Below, piece after piece: positions 56,479-64,000 of a stretch of 64,000 nt of DNA. Under the pieces are notes generated by a model. It was not told where the DNA came from and did no database searches. It saw nothing but the letters and a program-made list of their open reading frames with translations. This DNA is from Epithemia pelagica. Taxonomy: Eukaryota; Protista; Bacillariophyta. The stretch is from the NCBI GenBank assembly GCA_946965045.2, contig OX337240.1, positions 2,604,001-2,668,000 of the forward strand, read 5' to 3'. Every line of letters begins with the position of its first letter. The stretch's first letter is position 1. The position numbers were made by a program, and so were the translations under genes.

Positions 56479-57426
56479 TCAATTGTCATCATCGTCATCA
56501 TCATCGAACAGAGTGTCCATTTCTTGAGGTGACATGTCCACGTCAGGATCCATTGCGAGACAGTCTTGTAGTGTCTGCACATTACAAAACATGTCTGGGG
56601 GTGCTTGATGGTTATCCTGCTTGGTTTGAGGATGACCCTTGTGGTCGTCGTGTCGTCTCCATGTACACCATGCTGGTCGCTCCTCGTTGAGATCCATTTC
56701 GCTGTCAAATTTGTCAAAGAAACCTTGATGCGCAGAGTTACTGATGGAAGGGCAAAGAAAAGTCAAGGAATCTTCTACCATGGTTGCCGTCGCCATGACA
56801 CCCGAGGAGGTGTGACTGCAGAGAGTTTCAAGGACACCAGCAGACTGCTGCTTTGAATGTTGGTCTTGAGGAATGAGTTGGCCGTTTGTTGTAAGAAGCT
56901 CCCCAGCTGGCGATACCATTACTCTTCTTTGTTTCCTCGACTTCTTTCTTGAGACACCATCATCCACCGGACTGGGACTAGTCAAGAGATGTGAAACGTC
57001 GGCTTCCTGCGCTCTCGGGGCGGAATCTGTTGTGCGGACTTGACGGGCCTTCCACGCCTTGAGAGACTTGAGGTGTCTTGTTTTTTCTACCGAGGTGTAC
57101 TCCTCTACGAGACGTCGTGATTCAGGATCGAGCAGCTTCCATCGCTTTCCGATGGCACGCGCCAGTTCCACAAAGCCAATCTTCCCGTGAGACTTTCGAT
57201 GGACGCGTTTCTTCCCCGTTTTCCGTTGGTGCGTACAGGCTACCTCATGGATTTCCGCCCACGTAACGGGGATCCCGTTCCAATCGGTTTGGTCGTCCAA
57301 GATGCGCTTGCGCTCGAGCTGGAAATACAAGTTATAGGCACTGAGTGGAGCTTTGGGTTTGGAGGTGGTACACGACAGAGCGAGGTACCCAATCGATGGG
57401 GAGGATGAAGCGGATCTCGTATTCAT
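56479..57426 (-). CDS. HMG-box protein
   Basis: KPKAPLSAYNLYFQLERKRIL...KIGFVELARAIGKRWKLLDPESR; likely start MNTRS at 57426. Confidence 0.88.
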   Translation of the reverse strand: MNTRSASSSPSIGYLALSCTTSKPKAPLSAYNLYFQLERKRILDDQTDWNGIPVTWAEIHEVACTHQRKTGKKRVHRKSHGKIGFVELARAIGKRWKLLDPESRRLVEEYTSVEKTRHLKSLKAWKARQVRTTDSAPRAQEADVSHLLTSPSPVDDGVSRKKSRKQRRVMVSPAGELLTTNGQLIPQDQHSKQQSAGVLETLCSHTSSGVMATATMVEDSLTFLCPSISNSAHQGFFDKFDSEMDLNEERPAWCTWRRHDDHKGHPQTKQDNHQAPPDMFCNVQTLQDCLAMDPDVDMSPQEMDTLFDDDDDDDN

Positions 57427-58288
57427 TTTCACGCTCCCGTACTTGCGATATACTATTTTATGAATGATGTGGATCGTCAACCCACGCGACCTACGTTTTT
57501 TGTTCGGAGCCAACGTCAAAATCGCAATCTACTTTATCGGAATGTCCGGGCTTTGCGTGGTGACTCTGTTTTGTCTCTGTATTCTCTGCATTATTTGATT
57601 TGAGACGTCGTTCTGTTCGGATGAAAGAATGCTGCTGCGGAAGAATAAAGAACAATCATCTGCGTTGTCGTCGTTTCTGGAACGTCTATAGAATCACTCA
57701 AGAAACGAGTTTTCCATTCGGATTCCAGATTTCATACCTTACAATACGAGCTCGTACACTCAATCACCAGTCACTGTTGAGAGAGTTGATGTGAAACAAG
57801 AAACATGCTTAGAACGAGGAACGGAAATAATAATAATGACGACCAGAATGATCTGCACCTTCTACAGCATATAAGTCTGTAGTCCAAGAATCCGAGTGGT
57901 GATCTGGGTTCTGCAACGATCTAAGGTACGAATCCCGGCTTCCAATTTCCAGTCTCCACTCTCGCCCTTCAGGCCTCTCTTGGCCAGCGATCATGTATGT
58001 ATCATGAGAGAGAGAACAAATAATAATAATGGAGCTCCAGTGACCTAGTGACCATCATCTAGCCTCTCTGTTTTGTGCTTACTACGTACTTCGTTTTTCG
58101 CATTGTCTCATGGGGCATAGGGAGCATAACTCATAACAATCAGAGCAATACGATTACTCCGAGACTTATGAGCTATCCAGACTGTCTACTGTCGTCATCT
58201 CCGATTTTTCCTAGGAATACCTACCTAGGTAGTGTTACCGAATACCGCCCGGTCCAAACTCCCCCAAACCCCAACCCCCCCCCCCCCC

Positions 58289-59017
58289 CAAACCTTTTTG
58301 GATTATTCCCTCGTGACCAGTATTGAACGACTCATTGAAGTGGACTTTCTGACCGAATCGTGCTTGTTGGATGGAGAATGCGAACTGCCAGGGTTACGAC
58401 GACGACTACGGACAGCAACCAGTCGGTAGTACCGTCGTCGTCGACCAATGGATCCACTCCAGCGACCGTAACGCCTGTGACGGAATAAATCAAAGCAAGG
58501 AACCAGAATGTACTCGACCACTCGTTTCGTTCGACCGATCCATTCCGGCACGATAAGCGTCATTCGTTCCGTTCCTCTACACACACACATGCCGCCTTTT
58601 GGAATAGAGGAGTCTATCCATCCATCAATCAATCAATCGAGTGCAGCAACTACTCGCCCACTTGGCTCCTTCCCATCCATACGATACATCTCATCCCCAC
58701 TTGTTTGGAAACCACTACATCCACAAGACGAAAAGATGTGACGTATTGTACGCCTACGGGCCACCGACCAACCTACAGAGAGGGCGGCAACACACGAAAC
58801 CAAACACGATCCACATACTCAAAAGCAACCATTTCATTCCACAGGCAAAAAGACAAAAAAGCTTAAACAACCCATGCCATATCCGCGAAGCGTCAACACC
58901 AGAAGTTATAGTATGACGAAGCCAACACTATGGATTGGATTTTTAGAGAGGACACCGACCGACAGCATAATGACACAACGCTACCTTTAGAGAACAATGA
59001 ACGACATTTCCTCGACT
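58289..59017 (+). repeat. Duplicated 3' end and downstream region of the MLO-like gene (copy of ~55252-55937), preceded by a poly-C tract
   Basis: AACCTTTTTGGATTATTCCCTCGTGACCAG...GAACGACATTTCCTC shared; poly-C at 58261-58289. Confidence 0.85.
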
Positions 59018-59463
59018 TCTCCTAGAGGAACAAAACTAGCAAATGTTCCCATCATTCCATCAATCGGGGACGGAGGAAGCGAATAACATTACGAGCAGCT
59101 CCACTCCCAACTTTTTCACTCACACGTGCCTTTTGGCCCAAAACGAGCATGCCCTCCCCACCAGTGATTGGCACGCGCCCATAAATAGAGCAGACAATCA
59201 ATCCCATTCGGACAATTCTAATTTCTTAACGATTTATTAAATTCCGAAATGACATGTCTCGATCTTTTTCACATTCTTGACTGGTAGTAACCATTCGGAA
59301 GTTGAAATCACAATCTACAAGAGCCATTGGACGATGCATGCCAATGTGTTACTCTTGTCCATTGAACAACGATACCAAGACAACAGCTGACCTGAATCAA
59401 GCCACACTTGTTCCAATTACAACACAAGAACAATCAAACAATCGCTGATGCTAAGGTGCCATC

Positions 59464-59973
59464 ATGCCGCAAGAAGGGCCCATCTATGTCCCTCACTTTG
59501 ACGATGTATTTCGTATGAACACCTTTATGCACGTCAAGCTTTCCGATCAAGACAACAACACAACAACTGTTTGTCAATTGATTAAACACCAGGGAGCAGT
59601 GTGTCTGCGACTTTACTACCCGCTATTCCCAAAGCACAACCTCAAATGCCACCCATCCGTTCCCTCTCACTCATTCTCCAAGGTGATCGAGGGCCCTGGT
59701 TCGAATCACATTGAACAATACAAGTCCGACCGTTGGTTTCCTGCGCACGATCTTTTCAGACAGAATATCAAGATCAGATACCCGGCTTTTGTTTTTACCT
59801 TGGAGGAGTTCATCGATCCTGCTAATAGTTGGGCAAACGGTCTCACCAACGTTAACATATGCCGATACAAGGAACCTGCAAGCTTACTTCAAGACCCACC
59901 CAATCGATCTCTCATCCCCTTGCAGCCCAACGAAATTTGCTGCTTCCCTTTGAACTATCGTCCCGAGAACTGA
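59464..59973 (+). pseudogene. N-terminal third (BAH-like part) of the partner gene, copy 2
   Basis: PIYVPHFDDVFRMNTFMHVKL...NIKIRYPAFVF...DPANSWANGLTNV aligns with 41111-42865. Confidence 0.8.
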
Positions 59974-62304
59974 ATCGATGTCAATGCAGTCTTCTCGATT
60001 GGAGTGGCACTGAGTCTCGGGCCTTCGGTCCAATCAACTTTGATCTTGGACTTTTTCCACAAGGATTCAAGTTTCTTAGAGATCGTTGGCATCTCTTTCT
60101 TGAATTGTTTCACCTCCACCTCGAGTATACCGATGAATTCCTCGGTACACATAGAGGAATGGTAGCATTTCCAGTCCTCTAATTCGGTGTAGCCAAGCTC
60201 AATACACCATTTGCACTGCTCCATGGCGGCGTTTGGAGAGGCGAGATGCGCACTGGTGATGTTGCATTTACTACATGGGTACGTAACGTTCTTGGCGGCA
60301 CCTCCCTTGTCAGACAGTTTCCAATCGGAACACATGTCTGAATCAAAGGGAGTGCTTATCTTCTCGACCCCGTATTCTGACGAAAGCACTGTATCGCCTG
60401 CTTCCTTGTTTTCCTTATGCATCATAGCGAAAATGCCACGAGTCGTAGCCTTGGTTTCCTTGCAAAGTATGCAAACCTGGGGGTAAACAGCCATTAAAGA
60501 CTGTTTAAGAGGGTTGCTTTCATCGTTGAATTTGAAGCCGCCAAGGGTGTGAGTCAAATTATTACTTAATCTTGCGGCGGCCATCGACATCGACACCGTT
60601 CGGTTGGATTCTTGGGCCTCGTTTGCGATCATGTCTTGGGTCTCCAGTACATGGGTCATCATGTCCGCTCCACGGAAATAGAAGCCCTCAGAATGGTCTT
60701 TCAAGTTGCGGATCATCTTGAAGGGGATGAATGTGTCAGCATATGCTTCCACATGTGATGCATACGCCTTTAATGCTGCGGCCGAAGGAAGGATGGTGTG
60801 TATCCCTTTGGCGCCTTTCGTCTCGCATCGTCGTAACACCTCCACTCCAGAGTAACTCAAGCGACCACCAGCCAAGTCCATTTGCCGGAGAATTTCAAAC
60901 GGGGTGAATACATTGGCGCGCAAATATTTGCCAACTTGCTTCACAATGCAGTCTCTTAACTGGATTGAAGAATGTTGTAGCATGATGACTGTGGGTACCA
61001 TGTCGGCTAACGGCCTCTTCGATGACATCCCTGACATGCAGAACGATTGTATCCGCGTTTTCTTTTTTTGAACATGTTGTGGGAACATGCATGAGTTCCT
61101 TACTTTCTTGTCGACTGGCGCGAATTCTCTCGAGATATCGGATTCGGTCGTACCGAGACTTGCTGTTCTTCCTTTCCGACGCAAGAAGACGTTGGAGGCG
61201 GACTTTGTCGTTGTTCGCCTTCTCTAATTTGTCACGGAGAGTGGCAATTTGGTCGGTCATCTCAGCTACTGCGAACATTTGTGACGGTAAGATGGGAGGA
61301 GGACATGGAACTGGTGCAGCGAAGTTCTCTTGGCCTTCCGTATTCTGCGACGTCGTAACAGGCAAAGGCGGAGGGGGCGAGTCACAAGGGGGGGAAACAG
61401 TCTTGGTTAAATCAATAGGGTCGGTTTGACACCATTGGTCTAGGAATTGTATAACTTCTTCGTCGGATGAATCAGAGGAAGAATCTTCATCAACGTCAGC
61501 TTGTTTTTCGGATTCGGAAGGCGCTTGCTTGGATTGAGTTTCTGTTGCAGGTTCGTTGTCGGACCCGACAGAAGTTTGCTTGGATTGCAATTCTGTTGCG
61601 GATTGGTTTTCAGACTTGGAAGGAACTTGCTTTGGTTTGTTTTCCGACTCAAAAGAACTTTGCTTCGATTGAGTTTCCGTGGCAGATGATTCACCCTCAT
61701 TTTGGTACGAGACAACAGGAGGCTCGGTTTTGCGACTCTTTTTACGACGAGTACTCAATCGAAACTTGGGTTTGCGTTTCTTCTTTGGTACAGGAACTTC
61801 GAGAGGAACGTCATCCTTGTCTAGATTGACGGTCGTCGACGGCTCAGTGACGGGTTGGATGGGAGCTGTCTTCATGGCAGACTGTTTCCTTTTGTTCTTT
61901 TCTTTCTCTCTCTCTCTCTCGTCTATCATACGATCCGTAGGGTATAGAGTCGTTTGATGACGGGCTCTGCACTTGTATTGACCAGAGAAACGGTTGATCT
62001 CTCGGTCAGGGTTGGCAAGTTCTTGATTGTCAGCCATCGTACAATTGCCACAGAAGAAGAAACCACCACGAAACCTAGCAACTCGATCTTGTCCGAACAC
62101 CGAACAAGGCTTAAACTCTTCCTTCCGAAAATTTCTGCAAATGCGGGCGATTTGTTCGCGTTCATTGAAGCTTTGTTCCACCGACACACCTTTCTTGAAA
62201 CGAGTGGATCGAGTTTGTTGTTTCGGTGAAGGGGGGAGAAGCTGAATTTGCCGGTCTGAACGGCGGATAGGAGGAGGTTTCTTCTCGTCCATTGGATGAA
62301 ACAA
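59955..62304 (-). pseudogene. RAG1-like transposase, copy 2 (N-terminal two-thirds, frameshift near 60960)
   Basis: CRNF..PCSVFG..GGFFFCGNC, FSPY/FTPF..MDLAGG.LSY, PFDSDMCSDWKL..GGAAKNVTYPCSKC align with 37562-39879. Confidence 0.78.
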
Positions 62305-63033
62305 AAATCAGGCTTGCCAAAGGATCCTTCTGTATATGAAGTCAACTTCAGCAACGGGGGTTGCTGATCTGTGCAGAGACGGAGGAGTAATCCATGATAC
62401 ATTGCTCGATTGGGCAGGTTGGAGTCATCGGATGCTCCTTTCGGAAGAGAGGCCCAAACTTTGAAATGGATGATTGAACGACGAATAACCTGCGACTCAA
62501 TTGTTATGCTCTATACAATTACGTATAAAAAAATGTCCCGTAGGGTGGACGATCGAGTGAGCCGAGTGTCAGTAGTGCATCTCCCTCATATTTTGGTGTC
62601 TCAGCCAAGGGCGCTTTTGGGAGCGTAATTGAGCATCGATGAAGGTGCGCTGATGCTGATCTAACTATACAGGGCACTAGAGTTGTTATTTCTCAAGTGA
62701 ACTGGATACTTACATCAGAGTCGGAGGTTGGGCATTGCTGTCGTTAAGGCGTCCTAAGTTGGCTCGGATGGTTTTGGTCAAAAATCGGATGCTCGGGGTC
62801 TTACATTTAATGAAAAACTCTTCCACAAATTAGGGGTATAGTGAATTTTGGGTTTCTGAGATGGTGGAGATTGGTCGCTGGCGAGGCTCGCGCGTGCGTT
62901 GGGAGTGTAGCTGCTCGTAATGCAAGCAAAGTGTGCAGTGGTCGCACATAGCAGAGAAACTGGTCTAGCCTGAGCGTGTTTTTTCATGTTTCACGTTTCA
63001 CATTGCACGAACTACTTCCTTCCAACCACTCAA

Positions 63034-63040
63034 ACAACAA

Positions 63041-63071
<31 letters not shown>

Positions 63072-63072
63072 T
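63034..63072 (+). repeat. (AAC)n(AGC)n microsatellite upstream of the protease gene
   Basis: aacaacaacagcagcagcagcagcagcagcagc. Confidence 0.8.
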
Positions 63073-63162
63073 CAGAAGCAGCTCCATTAACCTTAAGCAC
63101 CAGCTCCCGCCGCAACAACTCAAGACACTGTAATTGCAGAACAGGAAACACCCGTCGACGCC

Positions 63163-63864
63163 GTGGACGGGACAGTGCCTAAAAAAAGACGATCACTGAA
63201 GACCATTGCAAACATGGACGACGATATTCCAAAGCAAGCCACCGATTCCACTCCAGCAACATCTCCGACTGAGAGCGAGGATTCGCTACTCGACCCTCCC
63301 GATTACATTCCTCCAGACCAGCAGGATATGATGCTGATGGATATCACCAGCGACATTCTGCATTCTAGCAACGGTACCGTCTCAATTGGACGGGGTGAGC
63401 CGTATTTGAGCGAGGCGGATGTATTCCCGCAGACCTGGCCGGCATATGGAACAATTTATGGCTATAACAAGCGCCTCATGATTAGCCTACCTTGCAGACG
63501 CGTACGACCCAATCGAAACCACAAAGTTTTGAACGTTTACTTTTTGGTTGATACGGGTTCCCCATGTTCCTATCTGTGTCGAGAGACATTTGACGCTCTC
63601 ATCGATAAACCAGGATGTGCCTTGCCGAAGCAGCTCCAGGTCGTTGTAAAGGACGAGTCATGCCCCATGATATTTCACATGTCCCCTCTGGGAACCCCAG
63701 AAGAACCTGGAAAGTTCCGTGATGTCAATGTTCTTGGCATGGACTTTTTGCTTCAAAGTAAGGTGACGATGGTGGTGGACTCTTTTGTAAACCGCTTTCG
63801 TCTCGTAGCTCACGAGCCGAACCTTGCCCGTATCCTTGCGGAATATCCGGATGGTGATAATTGA
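63163..63864 (+). CDS. Stand-alone retropepsin-like aspartic protease
   Basis: VYFLVDTGSPCSYL active site and NVLGMDFL flap-distal motif. Confidence 0.75.
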   Translation: MDGTVPKKRRSLKTIANMDDDIPKQATDSTPATSPTESEDSLLDPPDYIPPDQQDMMLMDITSDILHSSNGTVSIGRGEPYLSEADVFPQTWPAYGTIYGYNKRLMISLPCRRVRPNRNHKVLNVYFLVDTGSPCSYLCRETFDALIDKPGCALPKQLQVVVKDESCPMIFHMSPLGTPEEPGKFRDVNVLGMDFLLQSKVTMVVDSFVNRFRLVAHEPNLARILAEYPDGDN

Positions 63865-64000
63865 GAAGGTTTATGGCGGCGAACGCAAAATATTGTACGA
63901 CTCTATCGGATCTTTGACTTCTTATCGCTTTAGTTCCATTGAATCCTCCATACAACCCAATTTCGTCAACTTTTTGAAGCAGCCCGAAGCTTACACCAAG

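Larger units (their letters stand above)
59087..62922 (-). mobile_element. Two-gene RAG1/Transib-like DNA transposon, copy 2 (3836 bp, internally deleted, diverged)
   Basis: 24-bp TIRs CATTACGAGCAGCT(C/A)CACTCCCAA at 59087-59110 and 62899-62922; both genes truncated at one junction near 59968. Confidence 0.8.

Noticed and set aside
1-64000. tRNA or rRNA genes
   Set aside because: No cloverleaf or rRNA-like segment was recognised by eye; tRNAscan-SE/Infernal was not run.

Overview
Eukaryotic, transposon-dense window, most likely from a pennate diatom (diatom-type Copia elements, a plastid bipartite 'SHA-FLSP' presequence, a diatom-style HMG protein). Host genes: two tandem-duplicated spermidine-synthase-family aminopropyltransferases, a secreted/GPI-type YSPLW-motif protein (one intron), a CAP/SCP protein, a plastid-targeted MLO-like EF-hand membrane protein, an HMG-box protein and a stand-alone retropepsin-like protease. 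Mobile DNA: a DDE transposase running off the left edge (missed by the ORF track), a complete piggyBac (TTAA) with a second convergent KolX/P2X7-ballast-like ORF, two opposite-oriented copies of Copia family A (6-bp TSDs, gag and pol separated by one in-frame TGA, PBS matching the tRNAiMet D-arm), one Copia family B element (5-bp TSD, apparently identical LTRs), two MITEs and an orphan TIR pair. Most notable: two divergent copies of a TIR-bounded two-gene DNA transposon that encodes a RAG1/Transib-like DDE transposase and a tail-to-tail partner gene with a BAH-like N-terminal domain. This is a ProtoRAG-like layout with a non-RAG2 partner. All family assignments are from motif recognition by eye; no database searches were run.
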